Of a DNA stretch of 64,000 nucleotides, positions 26,526-40,985 are shown piece after piece. A program made the position numbers and the translations under genes. The notes below the pieces were generated by a model. That model was not told where the DNA came from, did not search any database, and was given only the letters and a program-made list of their open reading frames with translations. The stretch spans positions 282,129 to 346,128 of the forward strand of contig NMRA01000170.1 of NCBI GenBank assembly GCA_002633005.1, read 5' to 3'. Within the stretch, counting starts at the first letter, position 1. Each line of letters begins with the position of its first letter. Source of the DNA: Phoronis australis (lineage: Eukaryota > Animalia > Phoronida).

Positions 26526-29500
26526 AATCTCTAAGTTCTAATGCCATCAGTGGCTCTTCTTGTTGATGTAACTTTCTGTAACTGCCCGTTTCATTCTTCT
26601 AAGTGTGTTTTGCATAGATATTACAAGGCATCAGTAATCAGACTAAGTACCATTTTCCCTGTCATGAGGGCTAATTCTGTTAACTGCATAAATTACTCTA
26701 AAAACTATCAGAGTAGCAAAATTCTAATAACAGAATGGGTTGAGCTACTTCACTAACTTTTCTGTTCACTACCGTTCATTCTCGTCATGATAGAATACTA
26801 CTTTGAGGATGAATTCGGCTTTAGCCTAGGTGTCATGATGGATGGCATTCCCCGCGGTCAGTTTGACTGTCACTTTTGGCCTGTACTGTAGTATCTTGTG
26901 TATTTGGCTCTCAGTACATTGCCCCAGAAACAAATTGCAGTAATTGTTAGTAAGTGTGGGTCACATGGCTACAAATGGTGGCCATTAATTACTCTCAGGT
27001 GCACTACAAGTGACATTGATTACTAAAATGGACTGCTTTTTAATGGGTGAACTCAGCCATCTCAATGTTTTTGTCATTGATACTTCAGGGCCTAGAGATT
27101 CGAATCTCAATTTTGAAAGGTCAGTTGATACACTTTTCAAAAACGGTATAAACTGTGTTTGACCAGAAGTGCCACCCAATTGTGGCAATTCTGCACTTAT
27201 TTCGAACAAAACTAATTGCCAAAATGGTCATTTTTTGTTTTTTTAAGGCTAATTATATTTTCGCAAATAATGGGAGTTTTAGCAAATGTTGTTTTATGAT
27301 ATCTGCACACTACACTAAAATGGTCTTAGTATTTACTTTTGTGGGAAAATTTAGCAGTTAGAATTCCACTTGTCGGCCATGTTGTTTGCTAAAGCAAGTG
27401 AAGAATTACCTTAATGCGTTTATGTGCAAAGTGCCCTCATCTCGGATGAAAATGGTGAAAGTGTCATGTTCTCTGAGCAGTTTCAATATTGTAAATTGCA
27501 GAGATTGTTCGAAGTGGAAGATTTTTCACAGCATCAATCTTTAGTGTTAACTCACTGCCGTACAAAGTGCATGACAATCAATAATTCACGTAATCAACGT
27601 GCCATATTCGCCTGTTTTAACATCACACTTGTTTGAATAGCAAAATTATCAATTCCACTTCCTTTCTTGTGCGCTTGAAGGGACATTAACTGGGCAAGAA
27701 AAGTGATTTTCTGAGATTATCCTCAGCGCAGAACTTAACTGCAACCCCGACAGTCATATTCTAACTCTCTTTTGGTGGAGCTAAACCCCAGTCGATAAAA
27801 ATGGCCGAGTACTTAAAGTACATTAACTGGTCAAGTCACTGGTCTGGATTTCAGCTATTGTCTGGCAGACAATGACGAGAATTGACGATTTGTAGTAAAA
27901 TTACAAAAATACCACATTTTGTTCCTTTGTGGCTCCTAATATAGCTCCTATTATGTTAACAAGTATATTCTGACCAGTAGCAGTCACCAAAATGTGTTTT
28001 CGACAGAATTTCCACCATTGTATAAATTTCGTTCTACACATGAAGTGGCTGAAATTCAATCAAATAGTTTCATTTAACCAGGCTGCCTGATTCCACTCTC
28101 AATTTTTCATAAATTTCATTTAAACATCTTGGGTGTTGACCTAGACATATAATACATCTGCTCAAACTCTTATCATCTAAAATTGTTCATTGCTGTTTGT
28201 GTTTCTGCAAAGTTAAAGTGTAAATTGTTTAAATAAAAAAACCTCAATACACTAAGATTTCCCTTTTCTTCCCTGAATTTTGGTATCAAGGTCATTACAA
28301 CTGTTGGAAGTCCACTGTTCCATTGAACTGTTTGTTTACTCTTGTTTAAAAGTGCCTGGCGATGAATGTAAAAATAGATTCTTGGTGTTATGTGTAAAAA
28401 TAGATTGTAGTGTTTGCTATGTTTCATGTCTGGTTGCAGTTGCAGGGCATTGGATTTAGATGGGCAAAATGAAGCTAAGGGTGAAATTACCAAAATTTCT
28501 CTGGAGGTCTATGGTTCAAGATTCCATTGGTCAGAATCTGTGCTTTCCAAATTTTAATGTGGTCGAAAGCACAGAATGAATTGCTGTATTTTAAACCGTT
28601 GTCAGAATTCCATGAAACAATGGCATTAGGCTGTCGGATCACATTGAGACTGTCTTTATGTCTCTTTACTCATGCGAGTGTTGGTTGTATTATCACCAAA
28701 GAATTTTGCAAATGTTCCTGTTAAATCGCCATTGCTCGACTTATGACGTACCCGTAGTATCATCAAGACTTCTGTGACAGCGCCGGTGTCATGTGAATGG
28801 CCTCCTCATGCAAATTTTAGTTCTTGCTTAACGTAATTGAAACGAACACTCAATGGCGCCTTGCCTTTATAGAGTCGGGGATAACACTGGACATAAATCT
28901 GATGTACTTACCTGAGTCAATCAATTCTGGGTAAATGCTGAACCCAGAATACTTAAAAATTTTATTTTCAAATGGCCATGCTTGGCTCACTGACATTCTA
29001 CCACCTGATTTGTTTAGTTCTCAGTGCATTAACAGTGTGACACTTTTCATAACTTGTTATTTTGTTTATAGTTTGTGAACAGGTTGCATCAATTACATTT
29101 TGATATTTTGATTACAGGTATATCGAAAAATAATGTGAATTGCTGGAGTCCTTATAAGTATTATAATCTAAATATTCATTATAATTAATTCCAATTTTCG
29201 CTATAAGGTTGATGTAAATATAATAAATAGTATATGGTACATTAGCATTGTTTGCATCAAATTCTCAGTTATTTCGTGTGAACATTATAGCCAAGTATTA
29301 TAATAAATAATAAGAAATTATCAACCAGTGTTTAATGGATGCCTCCTGTGCGGTGCTATACAGTACATGCCAAAAGTATCCTAACAAAATGACTTGGAAT
29401 TCTCTCTTCATTCTGGGTGGACAAACGCCAAATTTGTTGTCAGTAGTTTCCTCTCCTGACCAAGCATGAAGAGGAATTTAAACGGGAAAGCTTAGTAAGG

Positions 29501-30576
29501 GGGCCTAAGCCATTCTGTGATGAGAATTGTGGCCCAATATTACTTTATTACTAGGCATTTTTCTGTTCACAGAATTAGGCGTCATGACTAGGAAATGATA
29601 TTTTGTTGTTTAATTTACGATAAAGTCTCGCGATTTTCGGACACTGAAAATTAATTCCAATAGAAAAAATTCATTCTTGGACGAATCTCACTAAACATCA
29701 TTTTTGTACTTAAATTTGTAATGTACTGATTGTGTTGATGAGAAGATAGAATTGTCTTTATCTTCGAATCAGAGCTATTACAAATGTGCCTGAATACGTA
29801 CTATTCTGTATGGGTTATTGTTTTCTAAAGAGGTGAAATATTCCCTGGCCTTGTATGAAATATTTTGTGCAATTTCTGTACTAGGTTTTTGATACGGTGG
29901 CCAAGCTCATAGGCATCATTAGAGCTTTGTGCTTGTTAGAAAATTTCATAAAATAAAATTGTTTGCTCCTGCCATATTGCATGCTAGATAGTTGAAGAAC
30001 ATTTCTTTTGTTGAAGATGATTCTTTTGTACATCCCAGAATACACAGTAACATCAGAAATCTTGGTGCACATGCTCAAAAGTGTGTTGCCGTTCTGTAAA
30101 GATCATCTGGTTCCAATTTTTCATTGTGACGTCACAGTTTGACTCCTGTGACGTAGATCAGACTTTTGATTGCTGTTTGCCAGTTATTTATGGATCAAGA
30201 CCTGCTGGCATTTGGATTGGTGGTGAGCTGCAAAAAATATCTGGGAGTAGTTTCTTAATTAGCCATCTGACCTCGGGTAGTGTTTGTTAATGTACTGAAT
30301 GTGTCTATTAAAGCAGTTTGTTTTACCGCACTTACGTCAGGTGTTTTTGTATGTCAGCAATCCCTGACAAAGCCAATCAGACATTTGTGACAGTGACATA
30401 CTGCCGATGCTGGTGCTTTAGTTAGAAAAAAGTCCTGCCACTAATTACCGGGGTTCTTCCACATGTTCAGTTAGAGTACTGCCTCATATTTAAAGTTCAG
30501 ACGGGTAAAATGGGGACTCAACACAGTACTTTGCACCACTTTAGCTACCTGGCACAATGTCTGGACATAGCCAAAA

Positions 30577-31026
30577 TGTGACCCACCACGACAAAATGGG
30601 TCTTAAGTCGGAAACTCTATTTCCTGACAAGACTGCAAACAGTCGCTATCGGTTAAAATTAGGTCAAATTTTTTTATTGCAGAATATGATTATTTATTCA
30701 TTCTACTTCACAAAACAATACTTTAAAACAAGCAAACTTATGATGTTGTGTATACTAATAAGCCTGAAATGTAGCATTCAACTGCAGGTTGCTATGGAAA
30801 TTTTAAAGACACTATCGGCACTTTTTGTCGGCCATTTTCCTTGACTTTTGAAAGCTCTAAATTTTCGCTTTTCTCGACTAGAATTGGCAATAACTCGGTC
30901 ATTTGTGAAGATAAGGACATGCTTCATACCTCAAAATGATCAGAAAACAATGTATTTTCAGAAAAAATAACAATTAGAAAAATGACAAATCCCGACTTAA
31001 GACTCGTTTTGTGGTGGTGGGTCACA
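30577..31026. mobile_element. 450-bp MITE with ~35-bp TIRs (TGTGACCC termini), unclassified
   Basis: tgtgacccaccacgacaaaatgggtcttaagtcgg versus ccgacttaagactcgttttgtggtggtgggtcaca. Confidence 0.85.
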
Positions 31027-33257
31027 AATAGACATCAGTCTGTGAGATAATACCACAGACACATCAAAGTCAAAATAACCTCCTGGCACAAGTCCCTGGT
31101 GGATAAAGTACACCCAAACTAGTAGGACGTGGTTACCCACCCCAGTTTTATGAAAGCCCAAAATTGATTATTTCTGGAATATATAAATTACCAAAATGGA
31201 GCCCACCCTGATATGTATGATGAGCAGCTGGGTCCTATGAAGATACTCCTATCAAATATGGTAGTCTGCAGTGCTAAGCCGTATTAAAATGTCAAAACTT
31301 CTGCCTTGAATGACACTAAATCCTAGTACCTTATTTTGGGTTTGATTGCTGGCTTTAATCTGCTATTCACTGATTTGTTAGAATGTAGTGGCCCGTGAAT
31401 AAAAAAGCAGAGGTCAAATTGTCCTGTTGGATGAACTCTTTATACCGTAGTGATAAAATGAACTTGCATGACTTTCATGCTGCATTTGATAGCATTCGTT
31501 TTCTCTATTTTTAAACATACACTTCAGTTTAGCTAAGATAAAGTGCATTAATTTTCTAGTTTATGAGTTTTTATGAATTCCTCAAAATGCAAGATGTTTT
31601 CAGGACATCCAGATATTAGGACAATAAAATGGGTCCTAGTGGTTGTCAACCCTATTTTTAGCATCACATCCAATTAAAAGCGGTGCTGTATTTGATTAGG
31701 TTTACCAGAGACTGGCAGATGAGGGATTAAAGCAATTACAGTGAAAAGTGATTCTGATCATCCACACTTATTTGCAGATTTCAACAGTTCAATCCATCGA
31801 CCCTAATTACTTGCAAAAATTGGCACATGGTGGCCTATTCAAATGTTTCCTGATGAGTGTGTTAAATACATCGATTCTGTCAAAGGATAAACTTCAAAGT
31901 ACTGTGTACAGTAATTTTTTTGCCTATTTAGCACACAACATGACTGACTAGTTAATTTTTTGTCGTTGAATTTCTCGTGAGAAATAAGGATTACGAAAAT
32001 ATCAGTCCGTCATTAGCTGGCTTTGTACTGTTTAAGTGCATCCTCTGCAAAATGGAAAATTTGCAATTTTGGTTAGTCTTGACCAAAAGATGTGCAGAAT
32101 AGAACGTACTGTTTTTAGTTCTGTTTCAACCTTGTAGACTGACTCCCATGATGCTCAGCGAATTTGTTATTTGATTATTCTCATTTCTGCACATTTTTAA
32201 CTAAGGGGGGGCGGGGGGCCGGGGGGGCACATGTGAGCATTGAGTTGACTACACTGCATGGTTTCATCATAAAACCGCTTGTCTGTGGGGTGAAGTTTCG
32301 TTGATCTATGATGTTACTGTTAACATTTCTCAATCTTTGACAAAAATAATAACTAAAATCGCCATTTCAACCATTTCTCTAATTGTCTAAGGCAGTTATC
32401 GTACAGTTGCAAATACTCAAAATTTTACGAAGTGCCCCACGTCGCTGAACCATCATACAGTCACTATACTCGTAACAGGCTAAAGAAAGTGGTTATGAAT
32501 TATTTTCGTTCACAAATTTAAGCCACACTTTGCTGTATTTAGCTGGTTAAAAAGGGAAAATCGAATTAGTCTTTTTCAAGTTACTCTCATAAAATCAGTC
32601 TTGTAATATTTCTTACTGTGTTTGGATTCCATTTTTGTTGGCAACTCAAGTCACGGTCAATGTGTACATGTACCATTTTTGAATGCATGCATGTGCCATT
32701 TTTGAATTAATCCACAATTTTAAGGTTTGCCAACGTCAATAACCTGGCGATAACTTCGATTGGACCGGAGTTAAGCGTTCATACTGCACTGCAGTGTCGA
32801 CGCTGCGGTCTTAAATCCACCTGTTAACTGCGATGTTAAATGGAGCTGTTAACTGCGATCCAGGACCAGAGTTAGGCGTTCATACTGACCGCAACACCCC
32901 AAACCATCGACGCGTCGACGTTGGTATGAAAGGCCCTTTAGACTGACTTTAGTTCTATTCAATCTTTGCTTGTTTAGCCCGCTGAACAGGGCGAACTACA
33001 CCTTTAAATTCAACGTGTCCCCCATATTGCGTTACAAAACTGAAGAATTTTTGCCACACTGTGCTAGTACTTATGTGAGGAGGCTAGTAGTCACATATTG
33101 TCTCGTATTGTAAATTGGCCTCCACCAAACTGAGACATTCATAAGGTGCAGGTGAGATCTACAGTACACGAGCTTGGCACATGCTGTGCATTAATTGTCA
33201 GTGTTTATTGCATTCTGGACTGTGTTTTCATGGAGTGATATATCTATTGTGTTACAG

Positions 33258-33346
33258 CCGCCTGCCCAGCTACATTCAGGTGTTGATTCCCAATATCTTC
33301 TACATCACGGAGAAGGCATGGAACTATTACCCCTACACAATAACAG
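33258..33346 (+). CDS. PITPNC1: PITPNC1 exon
   Basis: cag|(S)RLPSYIQVLIPNIFYITEKAWNYYPYTIT(E)|gtatat; 89 nt, phase 2 to 1; contains the EKAWNxYPY PITP signature. Confidence 0.96.
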
Positions 33347-36300
33347 GTATATTCAAATGAAACGAATGCAAGCCCTTATAGGGACACTATCAGCGATTAA
33401 AGAAGTTTTCTGAAATCAGCTCAAAGTTGCTGTAGTTGTTTATACATGCTTTCAATTACTGTACAAGACAAAGGTAATCGCACAAAATACCGTTTCCACG
33501 TTGTCATGTCAGCTAATTCTGTTAACAGCAAAATGACTTACTAATGATTAGTGTGACATGAAAATTGTAATTATAGAATGGCTTAGCAACCTTTCTAACT
33601 TTCCTGTTAATTCCGCTTCAGTCTTCATGAATGCAACCATTCGCCCTGTGAGCCATCATGATGCAGAATTCCTGGACATTTTGTCTAAATACTTTAGGCA
33701 TGTATTTATTGTATATTCAACCGCCTTTTACAGCCCAACTGTAGTCAGTCCTTGAGGAGCCACTTGTAGTGAACTGATGTGAACGTGCAGTATTTGGTCT
33801 GGTTACTGCTCAGTTGACTATGTTTCCCTGAAATTCACTTGATTTCACCATTTTGCCTTGAGCTTTTTTGTAGGCCCAACTTCAAACTCAAAGTGAACCA
33901 AATTGGAGACAGCAAAAATCCCCTTTGACCTTTGATCTTTTCCTGGATGTTTCATAGTGTTGTGACATCATCTAGAAATGGAATTGACTAGCTTTATTTC
34001 AGATTTCTTTAAATTCAAACAAAAACAGTTTCCAATTTTTTTCATCATGTGTTTTATCAGCTGTAGAACATAAACTGTGCAGCTGATAAAGTAAAGTTTT
34101 CTTTCTATTTACTTTTACTTAAAAATTTTGGTATTAGAATGAAAATTCGTTTTACCATGCTGTGTTGTATGTTTAAGAAACTTTACGATATGCCAAATCG
34201 AAAACACTGCCGTTGAAATATAATCATGTCCTAAATAACTATCCTTGCTATTGCATCCTGATATTACTCACAGCATACAATATATCTTTCACAACATAGT
34301 TTGTTTGAATAATAATACCTGTCTTCGACAGTATTCTGTGCCATTATTCACGTAACAGTGTTTAATGTCCATAATTTAATGGTTCATTGCCGGCATTCAT
34401 CATTATAATGCCTTATGGTATTTAACGTCATATTTCGTTGCCGTGGAAACATCATATCCTCTAGATTAGATTGAAATAGTGTTGTTAATCCGTACTTGTT
34501 GCAAAATGGCCTCCATAACCTTCTCCTGGTATCTTGTCTGACAGTTCCCTACATTATTTTAACATTTGTACAGATCACCTTAAGGTGTACTGGATTTGAT
34601 TATAAGTTAAACTTAAGCGTCTTTCCAAGTCGCCCGTTACAAACATGGAGTTCTTTTATGTACAACGCCCTAGGTAGTATCAGCAGTCATTAGTTGCTCT
34701 ATGGAAGTTCAGGTAAATCCACACAGCTAGGTATTAGGTATGTGGTTCAATTAACTTCGCCCAAAAATAAAACTGTGTATAAAACTCGCTATTACCTGTG
34801 CACTTTTCACTATTTTCTTGTTAATTCATTACTTACTGCAAATTGGGCATTCCCTTCCAAACAAATTGTTCAAAATCCAGGGCAGGTAGTGCAATACACT
34901 GCGCATTATAGAGCGAGTGGGTACCAAGTGTACCCCCACAGAAAAAACAAAATACCTCGTGCAGTTGTCCATGTGTCATTGTCAATCATTGGGAGATTTT
35001 CTGCTTAAGTAAGGTAATTCGTCTCTGATTTAGCGCACAATATGCTGGGCAAGTAAAATCCTATTTTGTAATTTCTCCTCACAGAGGAAAGATTATTGAG
35101 AACATTTTAGCCTATACCTCCATGGTTTGTAATGTGTACCATTGATATCATAACTTAGGTACTTAATAAAGTTTCCCAAAATTCATTATTTATAGCAAGC
35201 TTTTGAAAAATCGAAAAACAAATCATTTGAGCTGTTATTTGTGTAGAATAAGTGGAGATTTCCTGTAACATACATTTTGGCTGGGTTCCTATGAATGTGA
35301 AGTTGCTGTGATGGCCACTATGTGGCATCACTAACACAATAAGGAAACTATAGGCCCGACAGATATACGCTCGGTTGGTGATACGTCAATGGTTGGGTAG
35401 CCACGGAAATGTATTGAGTTGTTCACTGTCAATCTGCATGACTGATCTGCTGACCGATTGATTAATTCCAACTCAACATTAGTTTAATTACTTTCAACTT
35501 TGCAAAAGAGCAAACATTAATATTGATCGGTTTGGGGATATATATCATTTCCGTATCTGTGCTCCTACATTGCTTGGTGCAAAACAGGAAAGTAGAATTG
35601 AGACATAATATCCATTATTGGTTACTGTACCAGTTTGTGTTTTAGTCTTCGGCTTATAGTGACACCTTTTGAAAAATTCTTGTACCTGACTTGGTGTTGC
35701 TAGTCTCGGCCAAAAGGGTCATCTGTCGCTGCAATATGCGTGTCAGAGTTATACTGTGTTGGACAGTATCAACAGCAATAAGTGTTAAACATTTTAAAAA
35801 CTCAGGTTTTATTGGGAGCTCTATTTTGGCAGGACAAAAACTGTCAAAATTCAGTTAAGATAAAATTAGAATGAAATGGCGTATCTTAAGCCACAAATGA
35901 CACGTATGAGCTCCATTCTGACCACTGTATAACCATAGAAAATGAAGAGTGTTAACATGCCTTCGTTATTTTATGACTAGTTTTGGGACGCGTCGCAAAA
36001 TTAAATCAAAACACTTGACACTTGTCATTGTCTGAAATGCGATGTCTATGGAAGTAGTAGTTGCAACTCCTGTCAACAGCAGTTTCCAATTCAAGTCTAG
36101 ATACAGATGAATCTGGTTCATTGTTAAACTTTCAGACTTTTGTCCAGCATCGCAACCACGGTTGAAAAAGTCAATAAAACAAGTGGAACTACTTTCATTA
36201 ATGGATAATAGAGAACTGAAACCAATACATCTGTTTTGATTAATTTGCGTTGTATTTCTTTGGTTAAAAATGATCCTAATCTAACTTTTCATGAGGAATT

Positions 36301-36958
36301 TTATTTCAGAAGCCAAATAGTGTGAAAAATCACCAATTTTAGTCAACAATTTATTTATTTTAGCCGCCCACACGTTTTATTACCATGATGTTGCACTGCT
36401 CCACACGAAAGGACCTTAGACCAGCGTTCATGACAAACAGACTTCTTAAACACAGCAGTTCTTGTAGAAAGCTTGGAGTACAAGTAGTGTGAATATTGAG
36501 CGGAGTTCATATGTCAAGTATCCTATGGTGTTTACATTAACAAAAGCTTAGTGTGGAGTGTAGTTACGTTCTACATCCAGAACTGAGTCTGTAATTCAGT
36601 TGCTCGCCTTGTTTTGTGTGTGTTAGGGAAGAAATCGTGAAATTCTGGATTAAGGCAAATTAAATTTATTAACACGTCTTTCAGTTTTCCATGATTGCTG
36701 TAGCTTTGGAGCTCATAGGTATTATTTGGTGGTATCTTTTGTTTAAAAAATAAGTAGGCAGACGGCCTTATGCCTTTTGCATGCAGTGCACCAGGATCCA
36801 GTGCTTAAGGGGCACACATCTGGGTCCATTGCACTGATCACCTGATTATGACTCGTGGGGCCTGTCAGTATGAGGTTCCTCGTCTTCCTGTCTTATATCT
36901 ACTATCTGTGTAACTTGAATTTATTCTTTTTTTTTCATGTGGCATCCCTGATCAACAG

Positions 36959-36966
36959 AATATACA
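36959..36966 (+). CDS. PITPNC1: PITPNC1 8-nt microexon (E-Y-T)
   Basis: Poly-T tract ... caacag|aatataca|gtaagt. Exactly bridges the phase-1 donor at 33346 to the phase-0 acceptor at 37908, giving TIT-EYT-CSF. Confidence 0.9.
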
Positions 36967-37254
36967 GTAAGTTGTTGTTTTTATGATTGTAAGCAGCTTT
37001 CAGACTGGCACAATAGAGCTTTCTTAGTTTAGTGGCTAAACTGGTTCCTAATTGCAGGGTGTACTTTATACATATGTAGGAGGCTGTTGTTTGTGAATTT
37101 CAAATGCTTACTGAAGTGTAAAGTAATCAGTTATCTATTTATTTACACGTATGTTAAATAGTCAGGCTTCGCTGTTGTTGGAAATCTCTGTTTTTAAGTC
37201 AGAGCAAGATACTTGTGCCTGTACTGCTCAATCATTGTTACATTATGGCGTTTT

Positions 37255-37750
37255 CCCGTTGCTCCCAACTTGTTTGATTCTATAGCCCTACAACAAGAAG
37301 TTGGGAAGTTTACCAGCTCTGTAGCCAATATCTTACACGATTGATTAATTCCATTCAGGTATTCATGGTTGGAGGGCCAGCTCTCTTTTGTTCAACAATT
37401 GCTCTAATCTTCAATAAGATCGTTTCTAGCCTGACTGGGCTGTGCTGTTAAAAATAAAAGTTAAGTTATAACATATTTGAACGTAAACCAATAGCATTTC
37501 TGAAATCTCGTCAAACGGTGATCATGTTTAGTTTTTGAATCGCCAAAATCACCCTACTACAACCGAAGCTACGAATGTACCAATTCACTCTGGGTTTGAC
37601 AGTGTTCAAATATGGTCTGTAATAAGCCTGGTAGATAATGGGCCTGCCTCTTGTCATAACAGACAAAAGACTGTGCTTGGAAGATAACAAAGAAGCTAGA
37701 TGTTATCAAAGGCTTACCACCTTCTTGGTCTGGTAAAGTCACTGAACGGG
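37255..37750 (+). repeat. Dispersed ~500-bp repeat, inverted copy of 52180-52730
   Basis: Colinear homology, e.g. ccgttgctcccaact..gattctatagccc, gtagccaatatcttacacga, aaagttaagttataacatatttgaac, caatagcatttctgaa. Confidence 0.8.
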
Positions 37751-37907
37751 AAAACGCTGTCGGGAAGTGTCTGCTCTAAGCTTGTGAAATGTTATTTATT
37801 GTTTTTTGAACTGAACAGAATTTACAGGCTGTTATTAAGATGTTTTCATGTTTTGTAAATTTCCTTCAATAGCTTGACACTGTCTGACCTCTTGATTATC
37901 ATTTCAG

Positions 37908-37979
37908 TGCTCATTTATTCCAAAGTATCAAATCCACATAGAGACACGGTACGAAGACAACAGTGGAACAACAGAAAAT
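37908..37979 (+). CDS. PITPNC1: PITPNC1 exon
   Basis: ttcag|CSFIPKYQIHIETRYEDNSGTTEN|gtaagt; 72 nt. Confidence 0.95.
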
Positions 37980-38733
37980 GTAAGTACCAGGCAGATAAGG
38001 GCCTGGGATCTAATTTTGTATTCGAAATCAAACTCAAATTTATTTCACTCACATGCCAATAATGTGCCAGAATGAAGGAATTATGGTGAACACCTTTTGT
38101 ACAAGATATTGGTAAACAAACCGAATCGCAGTTACATGGTTCAGAAGCCAAACATTTAAAGAAATCACTAGTTTCTGTGTACGATATTGCAATTTATTTC
38201 TGTAATCAGCCACTGTTTTATTGCTAAGCCATCGCTTATCCAGTAATTGCTCTGTTCCGCACAAAAGCAACTTAGATCAGCGTTGCTGATAGACGGGCTT
38301 AGATCAGTACTTGCGATAACGCCAACGGATCTTGTGCAAATCTATTGACGAAGTACTAGGTGGCATGAAATGCACTGACTTTCTAATGGTTTGAACTGTC
38401 GGGGAATATTTCAAATATGCACTTAATCAATACAAAGCCGACCACTTGTTTTCTTGTCAGTTTATAACCAATACTAATCCGTGTTGAAGCCTCCTACAGA
38501 ATACGGTCAATAGTTATAAATTGCATTTGTGGAGAATATGGAATGCATAGCAGGTGTTGTTGATATGCTTCTATTCTTTGATCTCAAGTAAAGAGGATTA
38601 ACTGTGCTTTATCTGGGACTTCGTTATGAAAATATTAAGGGGCTTAATGAGAGTTTGTGAAGCACTCTTCTTGTGCTTAAGCTCTTTTTGAAACATTATC
38701 ATACACACATTAACAAATTTTATAACTAATTTA

Positions 38734-39570
38734 TTATGCGCCCACATATTTATATGTGGACGGATTATGCCGTCAGCTCCGTTCGTCCGTCCGTCCGGCG
38801 TCCGCTGCTCTATCTCCAAAACGCCTTGACGTATGTTAATGAAATTTTGTACATGTGTTTTTTCCGTAGATGCGACAGCATGAGCGAACTTTTGGAGGGA
38901 TCAGACTGCTGGTGTGCCCCCTAGTGACAATTTAGCTTTTACGTTTACCTCTGTATCTTCAAATTAAGGTTCTCAACAGATTTTCATAAAATTTTGAATA
39001 TAGGCATCTATTAGAGAGATGACACTATCCTCCTGTTTTGGGATGGAATCGAGGTATTTTGCACCACCTAGTGGCCATTTTTCCTGTTTTCAAATCTTGT
39101 TTTTGGCATCCATCCCTCTATCAACCAAATCATTTTAGGGATGGTTTTGAAAATTGGCGCATATGTTCTCAGTGTGAAGAGGACGTTTGATGATGGCGAT
39201 TGACTACTGTGGCACCTCCTAGTGGTAGTTTTGCTTTGTTTTGTGCCCATAGATGTATCTCCTAAACCCACTGCAGGATCTTTATTAAATTTAGAAAGTG
39301 TATTTATATGAAGATAAGGCAACAGACGACGACAACTTTCAGGCAGATCCAACAGACTCTGGGTCCACAAGTGGCTATTTCCTATGATTCTGTTTTCCTT
39401 TTATTTCCGAAGTTCCTTGACAGATTTTAGGAAATATGGCATGTTCCCGTTTTTGGCTGGCTTGTACATTTTTGCGCCATCTATTGGCCATTTTTATGAT
39501 ACAAATGAATAAAAGCACACCATTTGCGATGCATTCGTGGGTGCATTTCTACGCTCCGCATTGCTCTTGA
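38734..39570 (+). mobile_element. DINE-1/HINE-like (Helentron-associated) non-autonomous element
   Basis: 5' ttatgcgcccac with its inverse gtgggtgcat (39537-39546) as subterminal inverted repeat; short 5' palindrome ccacatatttatatgtgg; (GTCC)n microsatellite; internal degenerate tandem units carrying cctagtgg. Second copy inverted at 52780-53512. Confidence 0.7.
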
Positions 39571-40890
39571 TTATTTATGAATCTTTTCAATCTAATTGTA
39601 CATAGCTCTCTTATTTCCGACTGGGCCCACTTGAAAATGTATTCACTGAAGTGGTCACCCAGTCTTTTAAAGAAATTTAAAGAAAATAAAATAAGTAAAT
39701 AATATCAGAATCGAATATTCAACAAAACTGTTCTCATTGGTTGATTTGTATTCACATTAATGGACATTTTCAGCCAAATTATGGTGTAGCTCCTTCAAAA
39801 TATGTGAATTTAAACAATGAGTTTCTAGTATGGTAATCAATGCCATACCACATTAGGTGCCACTTCGCATTTATCAACATCAAGCAACTACCGGGATTTT
39901 CCCCACTAGACAAGTCCACCCAATGAAACGCCCATGGGCATTTGTTCGGAAAATTATGCCAAATAAATGCCTTTGGGGCGTTCATTTGGTGTTAAAACTT
40001 CTGGTGTCAAGTGTCCAGATAGTGGAGCGTTTATTCGGCAAATTTCCTCTTAAAAACTCACTTATCATCAAGTTTTTTCACAAATACAGTTTTGTGGAGC
40101 ATTTATCATTTAAAAAACAAACAAGGTGTTGGCGAACTATTCATTTATTATCTTAGAATTAAAAAAAAAACATTTTCAAGTAAAAAATGTCAAAGTCAGC
40201 AAAACCATGTCTTTCCGTTTACACGCTCCGCTTTTCTGAATAAACGCCTGGGCATTTATTGGTCTTACTAAAGCGCCTGAAAATTTTCATTTCCGAATAC
40301 ACGCCCATGGGGTTATCTACAGAAACTCTAGGTATAATTACATCTTACTAGATGGGATTACAATAGCCACTTACCACAGACTTTTATGATTGAGTTCTTT
40401 TGATTGGGGATTGGGTAACACAGGTGGGTGTCGGTGATAACCTCTGCCTGTTCCTGGAAACATTCTTTCCCAATCATTTTAGGCACTGCAAACTATCAAA
40501 ACCAACCCTGTAATTGAATGGCAAAAATTGGTTAATTGCAACAGAAAAAAGAGAAAATACGCCTTCAGTTACTAAATTATCTGCAACCTGTCGATGTTTT
40601 ATTTGACTCCATCATGCAGTCTATGTCAGTGTAGATACCTGGGCACTCAACCCAATTGACCATATGGGTTAGAACCACCCCCTGATTTTAAATTTCTCTA
40701 GTTAAAGCGTTCTGGACAATAACCCAGGCAAGAATGGCAGTTGCACAAGTAAAGGCCCTGTAGTGTGTTTTGTCGGAATGTTTTACATATGGTATAAGAA
40801 AAATGTGCTCCGACAAATTGTCTCAGAATTCCCTATCATGTCTTCTGGAAAGAAGCCAAATTTATCACCAGAGTAGTCTTCTCGGCAATC

Positions 40891-40985
40891 GTCTGATATA
40901 ACGTGCCCGTAGTTTGAGAACCAGTTTGATACCCATTGTTCGTTGGAGTAACTGTTTCTCAAAATTGGGGCACGTTATATCAGAC
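40891..40985. repeat. Inverted repeat / hairpin with 18-bp perfect arms
   Basis: gtctgatataacgtgccc ... gggcacgttatatcagac, with further inner pairing (tttgagaa.cagtt / aactg.ttctcaaa). Confidence 0.85.
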
